Shown piece after piece: positions 54,204 through 64,000 of a stretch of 64,000 bases of DNA (its first letter is position 1; each line of letters begins with the position of its first letter). The position numbers and the translations under genes were made by a program. Source of the DNA: Savitreella phatthalungensis (taxonomy: Eukaryota); assembly GCA_051599415.1 (NCBI GenBank), contig AP039711.1:62001-126000 (forward strand), read 5' to 3'. The notes under the pieces were generated by a model. The model did no database searches. It was not told the origin of the DNA and saw only the letters and a list, made by a program, of their open reading frames with translations.

Positions 54204-57200
54204 ATGAAGGCCTTTGCGGCTCTGGCCACGACCTTCCTCCTCGCCGGAGGAGGTTCTGGCTTCCTACCGCTCGCCTCAGCAGCACCCTACGACCCGCGCG
54301 AGGCATCATGGAACTTCAACATGAATCAGCAGGCCACAAATCCGCTCGACTATACCACCAGCTGGCCAAATCACCAGTACATGGCATCGCCGGACAACTG
54401 GCGATTCCCCGTCTACACCGTCATCATGGACAAATGGGTGGACGGTGACCCGCGCAACAACGATATCAACGGTACAGTGTTCGAGTACGACTACTACGAG
54501 ATTGGTCTCCGTGCAGGCGGTGACGCAATCGGTCTCTACGACTCTCTCGACTACCTCCAGGGCATGGGAATCAAGTGCGTCTACGTCAGTGGTACAATCT
54601 TCCTCAACCAGCCATATCAGGCAGACCAGTACTCCCCGCTCGACTACACCATTCTCGACCACCACCAGGGCACGATCGACGAATGGCGCACAGTCATCAC
54701 TGAGATGCATCGCAGAGGCATGTACATCATGCTTGATATGACCGTCGCAACCCTTGCAGACCTCGTCGGATTCAAGGGTTACCTCAACACCTCCACACCT
54801 TTCTCCCTGTACGAGCACGATGCAGAGTGGAAGACCGAACAGGTCTACCCGGACTTCCGCTTCACCAACTCTTGGAATTCGTCCTGCACGATGCCGATGT
54901 TCTGGGGAGACGACGGAGGACCGGTCGCAATCGAGGTCGCAGGCTGCTACTCATCAGATTTCGACCAGTACGGTGACACGGAAGCTTTCGGTGTCCATCC
55001 CAACTGGCAGCGTCAGCTCTCCAAGTTCGCCTCCGTTCAGGACCGTCTTCGTGACTGGGATCCTGTGGTCGCCTCCAAGCTCAATCACTACGCCTGTCTC
55101 CTCATCGAGGCGCTCGACATTGATGCATACCGTCTCGATAAGGCCACTCAGATGACTGTCGGCTTCCTGGCACAATGGTCAGCAGCTGTAAGAACTTGCG
55201 CGGCAAAGTTCAACAAGAAGAACTTCTTCATTCCCGGAGAAATCACAGGTTCGGACTCGTACGGAAGTATCTACCTCGGCCGTGGCAGACAACCCGATCA
55301 GCGTCCTCGTCCCGCGATTGCCTACAACATGACAGGTGATTCGTCCCAGAGCGAGTACTACCTTCGTGCTAAGGGACTGAATGCTCTCGACGCATCCGCC
55401 TTCCAGTACTCTACCTACCGTGGCTTCACTCGTTGGCTCGGTCTGGACGGATACCTGTCTGTGCCATTCGACGTGCCCGCTGATTTCGTTGACGCATGGT
55501 CAGCTTGGCTGCAGAATGAGGATCTCGTCAACCCGAACACGGGCAAGTTTGATCCTCGTCACATGATCGGCATGACCAACCACGACGTGTTCCGCTGGCC
55601 GTCCCTGCCAAACGGTACGCAGAAGATGGCGCTTGGTGCAATGATCACCGAGCTTGTCATCCCTGGCATTCCGCTTCTCTACTATGGAGAGGAACAGGAC
55701 TTCTACGTGCTCGACAACACCGCAGATAACTATCTGTTCGGTCGTCAGTCGATGGTCTCGAGCATTGCTTGGTGGCTGCACGGCTGCTACGTTGGCGACT
55801 CGACCCAGTACCCGGACCTGCAATTCGGTGCTGCAAAGTTCGGATGTGGCGACTTCTGGAACGCTCTCGACCACAGAGACCCGTCCGCGCCTGCGCGTAA
55901 CGGTGTCATCCGTTGGCACGAGCTGCGAGACCAATATCCGGTGCTCAGGGACGGTTTCTGTCTGACGAACCTCAATAACTGGACGACAAAGTACCTACTG
56001 CCAAACTCGATCGCTGACTCCAACACTACTGTCGGACTCTGGTCCGTCCACCGTCAGGCTTGCGGCGACCAGTCCTTCTCTGGAGGTGCTGGCAACCAAG
56101 ACATTTGGTTCCTCTACTCCAACTTGAACCAGAGCAAGTCTTTCGTGCAGGACTGCTCCAACAGCAACGGTATCTTCGCACCCTCCGGCACCACATTCGC
56201 GCCTGGCACCACCGTTCAGAACCTTGTCTACCCCTTCGAGACTTATGCGCTCTCGACCGGTGTCAACGCCTCCGTCGGCTGCATCTCTCGTATCGACATG
56301 GACGCTTGGGACTACAAGGTCCTCGTTCCCTCGAACAAGTTCCTGCAGCCTCGTGCGGTCATCACCAAACTTGTTCCGGGACATGACGCTAGAATTCAGA
56401 GCAATTCGACGGATGCGCAGACCATGACGATTCGCGTCGAGTTCAGCACCAAGATGGACTGTGACAGCGTCGCAAAGGCCATGACCATCGAGAGCAAGAC
56501 GCTTCAGGGCAGCAACGCTACGCTCGGTGCCTACACATGCGGCACCGTCACTGGAGCACAGCAGTACCTCGTCGGGTCACCAGTCTCGAACTTCTACATC
56601 TCACGAAGCGTTAGCAACATCTACGACGGTATCTTCCGCGTCAAGCTTGCTTCTGCCTCCGCATCCTCCTCTGACGTCAACGCCACCTCTGGGTTCGACG
56701 CCTGGATGTTCCGTGTCGGCAAGTCGGACAACCCGATGGTCTTCCCACTTACTGCCAACTACACCAACACCGCGATGAGCAAGAAGAATGGCGTCCTCCA
56801 GATCGAGGCAAATGCAGCCGGCGCAGACCTCATGAGGTACTCGCTTGACTGGGGATCCACCTGGTCCAATTGGACAACGTATTCTGGTACAGGTGCTAAG
56901 CAGCTTCCGTCCTACACCAAATGGGTCGGCACAAAGGAGCAGAGCTGGCAGGGCGACCACGCTATCGTCCAGTACTATTCCAAGATTGCAGGCAGTCAGA
57001 ACCACCAGCAGCACGCCGATACTGGTGTCGCTCATCGCTCGTTCCCTCACATGTTCATCATGGGTCCTTTCAACGAGTGGGGCTACGATGCCGGTGCACG
57101 AAACCGTCTGCTCCAGGACGAGAATTCTAACTGGCGCATCGGCTTCATCTCAGAAGCATACCCGTCCAAGCTTCAGTTCAACGTCTGGGGCATCAACCCT

Positions 57201-60200
57201 GACGGCAATCCTGACGCCACCTGGGTGTATGGTACGCTGATCAATTCGACCTTGATCGAGCGCACGCCGCCTTCTACTCTTGCAAGCAACATCTTCAACA
57301 TCTCCCACGAGCCGGAAGGTCACTACCTCGGCTGGGAAATTGTCCTGAACGACTACTCGCGTCGCGTCGAGCTTATCCCCAAGGGGTCTTGGATCGTCTC
57401 TATTCTGACCTACATCCTCTGTCTCCTCATTCCGCCGCTGACCGCCGTCCTTGCAGTGATGATCTTCAAGGGCTCCTTCTATGCAGTCAAGTTCAACCAG
57501 GAAGGCCGCAAGGCAAAGTCCTTCATTCCGCTCGTGCCGTTCGGAAAGAAGTCTGCTGGTGGATACGACGACAAGTCTGGCTTCATGAATGACCCTGCCA
57601 TCAGCACGCCTGCAATTGGTGCGTTCGATGCGACAGGTCTCGGCATGCTCGGCGACAAGCGTCGTTGCGTCCTGATAGCCACACTCGAGTACAACATCGA
57701 GGATTGGAACATCAAGATCAAGATCGGTGGTCTCGGTGTGATGGCACAGCTGATGGCAAAGAACCTCAAGCACCAGGACCTCGTCTGGGTTGTCCCGTGC
57801 GTCGGTGACGTTGACTACCCCGAAGCAGACTATGAGCCACCGATGGAGGTCAAGATTCTCGACCAGGTGTACCAGATCAATGTCATGGTCCACAAGCTCG
57901 ACAACATCACCTACGTTCTCCTCGACGCGCCCGTCTTCCGCAGGCAGACCACCGTCGAGCCGTACCCAGCACGCATGGATGATCTCGAGTCAGCCATCTT
58001 CTACTCTGCCTGGAACCAGTGTATCGCCGAAGCAGCTCGTCGCTGGCCAGTCGATATGTACCACATCAACGACTACCACGGCGCTCTCGCTCCTCTCCAC
58101 CTCCTTCCCGATCTCATTCCTTGCGCTCTCTCCCTCCACAACGCCGAGTTCCAGGGTCTCTGGCCTCTCCGTACGCCGGAAGAGCGTGATGAGGTCTGCG
58201 CAGTCTACAATATCTCTCCACGAATCTGTCAGAAGTACGTCCAGTTCGGTAATGTGTTCAACTTGTTGCACTCTGCAGTCTCCTATCTACGTCTCCACCA
58301 AAAGGGCTTTGGAGCAGTCGGTGTCTCGACCAAGTACGGAAAGCGTTCCTGGGCTAGATACCCCATCTTCTGGGGTCTCAAGCGGATTGGCAACCTGCCC
58401 AACCCCGACCCGACTGACACGGGAGAGCTCGGCGGCGCACCGACGGTCAAGAATGGCAAAGTTGTTCCGAACGAAGAATTTGAGCGTTCGCGCAAGGCTC
58501 TCAAGCGGGAAGCCCAAGAGTGGGCAGGCCTCAAGGTCGATCCATCCTCGGACCTGCTTGTCTTTGTGGGTCGTTGGTCAATGCAGAAGGGTATCGACCT
58601 GATTGCAGACATCGTCCCAACGCTCGTCGAGGAGTTCAATGTCCAGGTGATTTGCGTCGGTCCGATCATCGACCTGTACGGCAAATTCGCGGCAGAGAAG
58701 CTGGCACGTCTCATGGAGAAGTACCCTGAACGCGTCTACTCTCGCCCAGAATTTACAGCACTTCCGCCATACATCTTCTCCGGTGCAGACTTCACACTTA
58801 TCCCATCTCGTGACGAACCGTTCGGTCTTGTGGCCGTCGAATTCGGTCGTAAGGGAGCTCTCGGTATTGGCGCTCGCGTTGGTGGTCTCGGTCAGATGCC
58901 CGGATGGTGGTACACTGTCGAGTCGTCTGCCACATCTCACTTGCTCTCGCAGTTTGAGAGTGCGTGCAGGCAGGCTCTCGCATCGAACGAGAAGACGCGT
59001 GCCACCCTGCGTGCCAAGTCTGCGCTCCAGCGATTCCCCGTCCAGGAGTGGAAGCAGAAGCTGGACGCCCTCCAAGCAGGCTGTATCAAGATGTGCAAGA
59101 AGCGCGGCAAGAATGGTGCAGGCGCAGGCGCTCGTGGAAGTGTTTACTCCATCTTCCCACCAGAGTCCTCGGCCTCAATGTCAAACCTCAGCCAGCACAT
59201 CAACAACTCCCAGATCAACCTTCCCTCAGGCTTCACAAACATGCCAAACGCATCTCAACCCGTCATCACCGTCACAGACGAGCAGCAAGTGCCAGAGCAG
59301 TACCGCACGACCTTCAAGGCCGCAGCACCGCACGAGCCAGGACAGCAGACAGATCCTTACGCCCAAGGTGGCGCAAGTGGACTCCGTCGTCAGCTGTCAC
59401 TCGGCTCTCGCCGCGGTCCAGGTCATCGGGACGGTGCATCTGGTGCTCACGCACAGAACCCCCAGGGTGAGCTTATTGCCATCGATGAGGAGTCGATGTT
59501 CGACGAATCCTCAGAGGACCCTGACGAGCTCATCCACCCCGATCAGATCCGTGGCGCGTTCCGCGGCTACGGTGGCTTCGGCACACCGTCAGAGGACGGA
59601 TACGACTCTGAGGACCAATTCGACCCTCAACGTGGCACCATGTACGAGGCTGACGACGACAGCGTCCGTGGCCCACACGGCGGCAGCGGCAGCGCTGGCT
59701 TCTACGGCCACAGCAATGCATCGTCATCCATGTCCTTGTCGCAGCTCGCACGCGAGCCTTTCACAGGCACGCCGCCGAGATCGCCTGACATGTCTGGCGG
59801 TCGTGCGCGCTTTAACAACGATTCTCGCCTGTCTCTCGCATCCGTCATGTCTGGTGGCCACGGAAAGGAGTTCACCCTGACAAAGGTCAAGGAGCGTTTC
59901 ACTGACGAGGATGGTCAAGTCCTCCGTGCCTTCTCGAATGAGCTTCGCGACCTGAACCCGAAGAACTCGAAGCAAGAGTTGTGTATCGAGGAATACCTTA
60001 TCAAGAGCGAGAAGTCCTTCTTCCACGACGTCAAGTCGAGGGAGCTTGGATTCAAGACGAAGAAGAAGAACGGAATCGAGTTTGGATCACGTCCGCCGTC
60101 GATCTCGAGCTCTCGTGCGTCCAGCTTCAGCGGCGAGACCCGTCCGACACGTGACATGTCATCGTCACCAGACGAGATTGACCGCCAGCCAATGTACAAC

Positions 60201-61547
60201 ACGCCTGGACCTCGTCTACGCGGTGTCGCCCGATTCATGCAGCGCGAGTGGCGTGACTGGCCAGTCTACACGCTCTTCCTCGCCATCGGCCAGATCCTCG
60301 CCGCCACATCGTACCAGCTCACCCTGCTCTCATCCCAGACGTCCCAATCCGCAGCACAGCTGTACACGATCGGTATCATCTTCATGTTCGCTACGGTGTT
60401 CTGGTGGACAATGTACCGACTGCTGCCATCGAACTGGTGTCTCGGAGCACCATTCGCGTTCTACTCGGTCGCCTTCTTCCTCATCGGTCTGCCTGGATTC
60501 GACGCGATTCACCCTGGTCGCGACTGGATCAACGCCATTGGTACGTGGTTCTACGCTGTCGGCTCTGCCTCTGGCTCGCTCTACTTTGCTCTGAACTTCG
60601 GTGACGAGGGTGGTGCATCGACTCAGACCTGGATCATCCGTGCTTGTCTAGTGCAGGGAACTCAGCAGATCTGGGGTTCCGCCCTGTGGTACTGGGGTGA
60701 GAAGCTGACGTCAGAGACGACAGATGCGACGCTTGCAGGTGTCGAGCAGCAGACCTCGCCAGTCGTTACGGGCATCGTCTTCTTCCTCGCCTGTTTCATG
60801 GCGCTCTCGTGCTGGCTCGTCAGCACAGGTCTGCCTGACTACTACAAGCAGTTGCCTGGCCGCATCCCAGCCTTCTACGTGTCGCTGATCCGCAGAAAGC
60901 TCGTCATCTGGTTTTTCATCGCCACCTTCCTACAGAACTACTGGCTAGCGACCCTGTACGGTCGATCGTGGCGATACTTATGGTCATCGACCTACATCAA
61001 CAAGGGAGTCGTCTTTGCGCTCGTCATCCTCTTCTTCGTCATCATCTGGGGCGTTGTGCTGTATGTGCTCTCACAGCTCTCAAAGACGCACGTGTGGATG
61101 ATCCCGGTCTTTGGTGTAGGTCTCGGTGCTCCACGATGGGCACAGATGCTATGGGCAACATCCAACATTGGCGTCAATCTGCCGTGGGCAGGTTCAGCAG
61201 GTCCGTACCTCGGTCGATGCCTGTGGCTGTGGCTTGGTGTGCTGGACGCCGTCCAGGGCGTCGGTATCGGTATGCTCCTCCTCCAGACCCTCACCCGTGC
61301 TCACGTCGCCACAACCCTCATGGTCGGTCAGCTTATCGGTGCAGCAGCCATGCTCATCGGCAGAGCCTCCTCACCATCGGCAATCGGTCCAGCAGACACC
61401 TTCCCGCCCCTAGCCACCTGGACACCATCGACAGACGGTGCAGCCATCTTTGCCAGCGTCTCATTCTGGCTCTGTCTATTCTGCCAGGTCGTCATCTGTG
61501 TCGGCTACATCTTCTTCTTCCGAAAGGAGCAGCTCTCGAAGCCGTAA
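54204..61547 (+). CDS. ags1: Cell wall alpha-1,3-glucan synthase (Ags1/Mok1 family), intronless, 2447 aa
   Basis: Signal peptide; GH13-like domain (SPDNWRFP.Y, RLDKA.Q, GEITG, TNHDVFRWP); TM segment; GT5 domain (KIGGLGVMA, HINDYH, HNAEFQG, VGRWS.QKG.D, PSRDEPFGLV); multi-pass C-terminus ending FFRKEQLSKP. Confidence 0.97.
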   Translation: MKAFAALATTFLLAGGGSGFLPLASAAPYDPREASWNFNMNQQATNPLDYTTSWPNHQYMASPDNWRFPVYTVIMDKWVDGDPRNNDINGTVFEYDYYEIGLRAGGDAIGLYDSLDYLQGMGIKCVYVSGTIFLNQPYQADQYSPLDYTILDHHQGTIDEWRTVITEMHRRGMYIMLDMTVATLADLVGFKGYLNTSTPFSLYEHDAEWKTEQVYPDFRFTNSWNSSCTMPMFWGDDGGPVAIEVAGCYSSDFDQYGDTEAFGVHPNWQRQLSKFASVQDRLRDWDPVVASKLNHYACLLIEALDIDAYRLDKATQMTVGFLAQWSAAVRTCAAKFNKKNFFIPGEITGSDSYGSIYLGRGRQPDQRPRPAIAYNMTGDSSQSEYYLRAKGLNALDASAFQYSTYRGFTRWLGLDGYLSVPFDVPADFVDAWSAWLQNEDLVNPNTGKFDPRHMIGMTNHDVFRWPSLPNGTQKMALGAMITELVIPGIPLLYYGEEQDFYVLDNTADNYLFGRQSMVSSIAWWLHGCYVGDSTQYPDLQFGAAKFGCGDFWNALDHRDPSAPARNGVIRWHELRDQYPVLRDGFCLTNLNNWTTKYLLPNSIADSNTTVGLWSVHRQACGDQSFSGGAGNQDIWFLYSNLNQSKSFVQDCSNSNGIFAPSGTTFAPGTTVQNLVYPFETYALSTGVNASVGCISRIDMDAWDYKVLVPSNKFLQPRAVITKLVPGHDARIQSNSTDAQTMTIRVEFSTKMDCDSVAKAMTIESKTLQGSNATLGAYTCGTVTGAQQYLVGSPVSNFYISRSVSNIYDGIFRVKLASASASSSDVNATSGFDAWMFRVGKSDNPMVFPLTANYTNTAMSKKNGVLQIEANAAGADLMRYSLDWGSTWSNWTTYSGTGAKQLPSYTKWVGTKEQSWQGDHAIVQYYSKIAGSQNHQQHADTGVAHRSFPHMFIMGPFNEWGYDAGARNRLLQDENSNWRIGFISEAYPSKLQFNVWGINPDGNPDATWVYGTLINSTLIERTPPSTLASNIFNISHEPEGHYLGWEIVLNDYSRRVELIPKGSWIVSILTYILCLLIPPLTAVLAVMIFKGSFYAVKFNQEGRKAKSFIPLVPFGKKSAGGYDDKSGFMNDPAISTPAIGAFDATGLGMLGDKRRCVLIATLEYNIEDWNIKIKIGGLGVMAQLMAKNLKHQDLVWVVPCVGDVDYPEADYEPPMEVKILDQVYQINVMVHKLDNITYVLLDAPVFRRQTTVEPYPARMDDLESAIFYSAWNQCIAEAARRWPVDMYHINDYHGALAPLHLLPDLIPCALSLHNAEFQGLWPLRTPEERDEVCAVYNISPRICQKYVQFGNVFNLLHSAVSYLRLHQKGFGAVGVSTKYGKRSWARYPIFWGLKRIGNLPNPDPTDTGELGGAPTVKNGKVVPNEEFERSRKALKREAQEWAGLKVDPSSDLLVFVGRWSMQKGIDLIADIVPTLVEEFNVQVICVGPIIDLYGKFAAEKLARLMEKYPERVYSRPEFTALPPYIFSGADFTLIPSRDEPFGLVAVEFGRKGALGIGARVGGLGQMPGWWYTVESSATSHLLSQFESACRQALASNEKTRATLRAKSALQRFPVQEWKQKLDALQAGCIKMCKKRGKNGAGAGARGSVYSIFPPESSASMSNLSQHINNSQINLPSGFTNMPNASQPVITVTDEQQVPEQYRTTFKAAAPHEPGQQTDPYAQGGASGLRRQLSLGSRRGPGHRDGASGAHAQNPQGELIAIDEESMFDESSEDPDELIHPDQIRGAFRGYGGFGTPSEDGYDSEDQFDPQRGTMYEADDDSVRGPHGGSGSAGFYGHSNASSSMSLSQLAREPFTGTPPRSPDMSGGRARFNNDSRLSLASVMSGGHGKEFTLTKVKERFTDEDGQVLRAFSNELRDLNPKNSKQELCIEEYLIKSEKSFFHDVKSRELGFKTKKKNGIEFGSRPPSISSSRASSFSGETRPTRDMSSSPDEIDRQPMYNTPGPRLRGVARFMQREWRDWPVYTLFLAIGQILAATSYQLTLLSSQTSQSAAQLYTIGIIFMFATVFWWTMYRLLPSNWCLGAPFAFYSVAFFLIGLPGFDAIHPGRDWINAIGTWFYAVGSASGSLYFALNFGDEGGASTQTWIIRACLVQGTQQIWGSALWYWGEKLTSETTDATLAGVEQQTSPVVTGIVFFLACFMALSCWLVSTGLPDYYKQLPGRIPAFYVSLIRRKLVIWFFIATFLQNYWLATLYGRSWRYLWSSTYINKGVVFALVILFFVIIWGVVLYVLSQLSKTHVWMIPVFGVGLGAPRWAQMLWATSNIGVNLPWAGSAGPYLGRCLWLWLGVLDAVQGVGIGMLLLQTLTRAHVATTLMVGQLIGAAAMLIGRASSPSAIGPADTFPPLATWTPSTDGAAIFASVSFWLCLFCQVVICVGYIFFFRKEQLSKP

Positions 61548-62277
61548 ACCCACCTCTCCTTCCCTTCACTCACTCATCCTCTCCATCACAACAACTACAA
61601 ACATCAAATCTCTTTTCATGACGACGATTCATAGACGTACAGTACGTACTAGTACTACCCCAACTACACCTACCAGCTCCCTCTCACTCCTCATTTTTAT
61701 AGTTTTTGAACGCATTCCATACACAGTAAACTAGCTGGTCAGTGTCCCGGGTCTTGGCGGTTGGTCTAGGCACTGTGCGATCCATGCTGGAAGTGATGAC
61801 GACTTGAAAGTTTATGGGAGAGAGAACGGCAGGTATCTATCGAGCATATCTGCGCGAGGAAGTAGTCCAATCGAGCTTGATCCAAGTCTATATCAATTGT
61901 TTCAACTTAGAAAGGTTTAGAGCAAATCTAGCCGAAAGCCAAGGCCAATTTTACCGACCAAGCAAACTCAAAATTGAAAAATCGTCCGTCATGACGGGAG
62001 TCAGCCCTACTCCTGATCGAATGCTTGGACCTCATGCTCTAGCTTCCTTTCCTCGAGTACAGTGCACGTAGATCTGAGCATACACAAAGTCGCTTTGAAG
62101 AGTCGCTCTCCCTATCTCAATCTCTATCGCGCGTCACCACTTCCATCACAACAACCATCACTCCTCGGAGAGCCGTAGCCTTTCGACCATTCTCACACCC
62201 ACATAAGAAAGGGTTCTTTCGCTCAAACCAAGTCTCCAAGAACAAAGTATCCATACTATACAGTAATCTCGTAAAAC

Positions 62278-62613
62278 ATGGCTATCCAGCAGCAACAAGA
62301 AGTCGCCGTCGCCGTCCCAGCCACGGTGCCAACCATGTCGCAGACCCCTGTCTCCGACTCCCAGTCTGTCTCTCAGCTTGAGCAACAGACGGCGCCCGTC
62401 CAGGAAGGTTGGCTCGCCAGGCTCAGAGGTGGAGCTCACCCTATTGCGGAATGCCTAGCATGCTGCTGTGTCTGTCTCGCGTAAGATCCCCCCTTCTCCC
62501 CATTCTCTGGGCTTGACCCGATGACTGACATTTTGTGTTTTCGCGATAGTGCTGAAGATATCGCAGCTTGCCTGTGTCTCGACTCGCTCTGCTTCTGCTG
62601 CTCCGAGGCCTAA
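62278..62613 (+). CDS. Small Cys-rich membrane peptide (CYSTM-like, 88 aa) with RLRGG motif; exons 62278-62480 and 62550-62613
   Basis: Intron GTAAGA...CTGAC...TAG at 62481-62549. The spliced product ends GWLARLRGGAHPIAECLACCCVCLAAEDIAACLCLDSLCFCCSEA*. Gln/Pro-rich N-terminus. Confidence 0.8.
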
Positions 62614-62647
62614 CAGAAGGAACATTCTCTCCCGTAGCCATATATCC

Positions 62648-62857
62648 CTACCACCGTCGACCGCCGAGTCCGCGACTCACGCATGCCTTGAACGCCTCAA
62701 ACTCCCGTACGCAACCGTCCTTCCCAATGTCATCCACCTGAGACACCACACAGCGACCGTAAGCCGCACCTTCCACACCACATCGAGACATCGCGCTTGA
62801 TAATCGCGCCAGCGGTCGTTGTACAGCAGTCCCAGCAGCTGTGACCGGCGTCGTCAT
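62648..62857 (-). CDS. NDUFAF8: Twin CX9C mitochondrial protein, complex I assembly factor NDUFAF8-like (69 aa)
   Basis: C-GVEGAAYGR-C ... KD.C-VREFEAFKA-C matches the NDUFAF8 pattern C..EA.AYG.CV...KD.C..EF..L..C. ATG at 62857. Confidence 0.8.
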   Translation of the reverse strand: MTTPVTAAGTAVQRPLARLSSAMSRCGVEGAAYGRCVVSQVDDIGKDGCVREFEAFKACVSRGLGGRRW

Positions 62858-63184
62858 CCTCGCTTGTTGTGAGTGATTGTTGTCGTGCGTGACAAGAAGG
62901 TAGCTACCGAAGTACTGTAGAGTGTGTGTGTGAGAGGTGGTGACGTGAGATGGGTGATTCGGACTATTCAACAGTGACGTGCATTCAAAATCACAAAACA
63001 GACATCTTCACCAAAAGATGCACAAAAAGGTTCAAAGAGTCAAAAGTCAACCTGGTACGAGGTACACAAACAGCGCTCTCACACGCTCATACACTCTCTC
63101 TCACTCTCTCATAGCCACAAACCCTCTTTCAACGTACAATATCACTCGCTATCAGCCTGTTGCTCTTCTGTTGCTCTTTTAGTG

Positions 63185-64000
63185 ATGGCTCCGAGGACGC
63201 AGGTCGGTAGAGGACCAGGTGAAATCCGTCTCACGAGGGACGAACAGAAGCTGTATGAAGCGTTGAAGAGTGGAGACTACACTCCAAAGACGCAGGACGA
63301 AGCACTGGCGTCAGTCTCTGGCAAATCACCCGAGTGGCTAGCAGTCGCCATCAACAAGCTCGTCCACCAGCAACTTGTCATCCTCAAGCAAGACTCCTCA
63401 TCCAATGTATCCTACCAGGCAGTCGCAGAAGCCGAGGCGAAAAAGGTCAGAGAGCTCGAAGACGACGATCGAATGGTGTATCTCCAGGTCAAGGACGCTG
63501 GCAGTTCAGGTGTATGGACGAGGACGATCAAGCAGAAAACGGCACTGCACACGACAGTCATTAATAGGGCGATCAAGACGCTAGAGACGAGATCGATGAT
63601 CAAGGGATTCAGGCACGTTCAGTACCAGACAAGAAAGTACTACATCCTCTACGACCTGTCGCCATCAGTCGAGGCGTCAGGAGGCACGTTCTTCCAGGAC
63701 TCGGAGCTCGACCAGGATTTCGTCCAGCAGCTGCGGAAGGTGATCATGGTCATCATCGAGCGCAAGGCCGGTATTTCGAGATCAGGTGGTCGAGGAGGTG
63801 CTGTGGAGGACGATGAGGAAGAGAGGTACAGACAGCGTCGGCTTCCTCCGGGTTCGCTGAGAAAGCGGTTGCCGAGGGTGGAGGATCTGATGACGTCGCT
63901 GAACGAGTCTGGGATCACGCAGCAGCCACTAGCGCTAGCAGACGTCCAGGCCGTCGTCAACACGCTCGTCTACGACGGAAAGCTACAACCTGTAGGACAC
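63185..64000 (+). CDS. RPC34: RNA polymerase III subunit C34 (partial, runs off window)
   Basis: Manual translation from ATG 63185: MVY..VKDAGSSGVWTRTIK.KT.LH..VI.RA.K.LE....IK, RK.YILYDL.PS.E.SGG.FF.DSELD.DFV. Confidence 0.92.
   Translation, partial: MAPRTQVGRGPGEIRLTRDEQKLYEALKSGDYTPKTQDEALASVSGKSPEWLAVAINKLVHQQLVILKQDSSSNVSYQAVAEAEAKKVRELEDDDRMVYLQVKDAGSSGVWTRTIKQKTALHTTVINRAIKTLETRSMIKGFRHVQYQTRKYYILYDLSPSVEASGGTFFQDSELDQDFVQQLRKVIMVIIERKAGISRSGGRGGAVEDDEEERYRQRRLPPGSLRKRLPRVEDLMTSLNESGITQQPLALADVQAVVNTLVYDGKLQPVGH

Noticed and set aside
11978..61547. Alpha-glucan gene cluster (glycogen synthase + ags1) or DNA-repair cluster (DNA2, Zip2-like, RAD51)
   Set aside because: The genes are separated by many unrelated housekeeping genes; consistent with chance linkage.

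Overview
Gene-dense, intron-poor fungal genomic DNA. It is probably an early-diverging ascomycete (Taphrinomycotina-like). This is an inference from the intronless alpha-1,3-glucan synthase and from the presence of glycogen synthase and a complex I assembly factor, both of which S. pombe lacks. About 22 ordinary genes are present: DNA2 (partial, 1 intron), GPI18, CYT2-like heme lyase, PEX8, a DNAJC11-like J-protein, ZNG1/CobW, glycogen synthase, a probable Zip2/SHOC1-like meiotic protein, a ModF-like ABC ATPase, an SDR, an ankyrin protein, a sirtuin, a PQ-loop protein, RAD51, ADH6-like, ERV41, RML2, ags1, a spliced Cys-rich RLRGG peptide, NDUFAF8-like, RPC34 (partial) and two low-complexity orphans. 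The standout region is about 43.6-50.6 kb. It holds a tandem minus-strand array of an orphan gene family I do not recognise: three intact ~315-340 aa paralogs sharing a conserved promoter block, plus pseudogenes. Two long inverted repeats (~225-bp and ~325-bp arms) are interleaved with these genes. Each appears to have arisen independently from the same conserved coding segment of the family, and each has a candidate TATA box upstream. This is a candidate gene-family/hairpin-RNA (endo-siRNA) system. All alignments were done by eye and identities are approximate.
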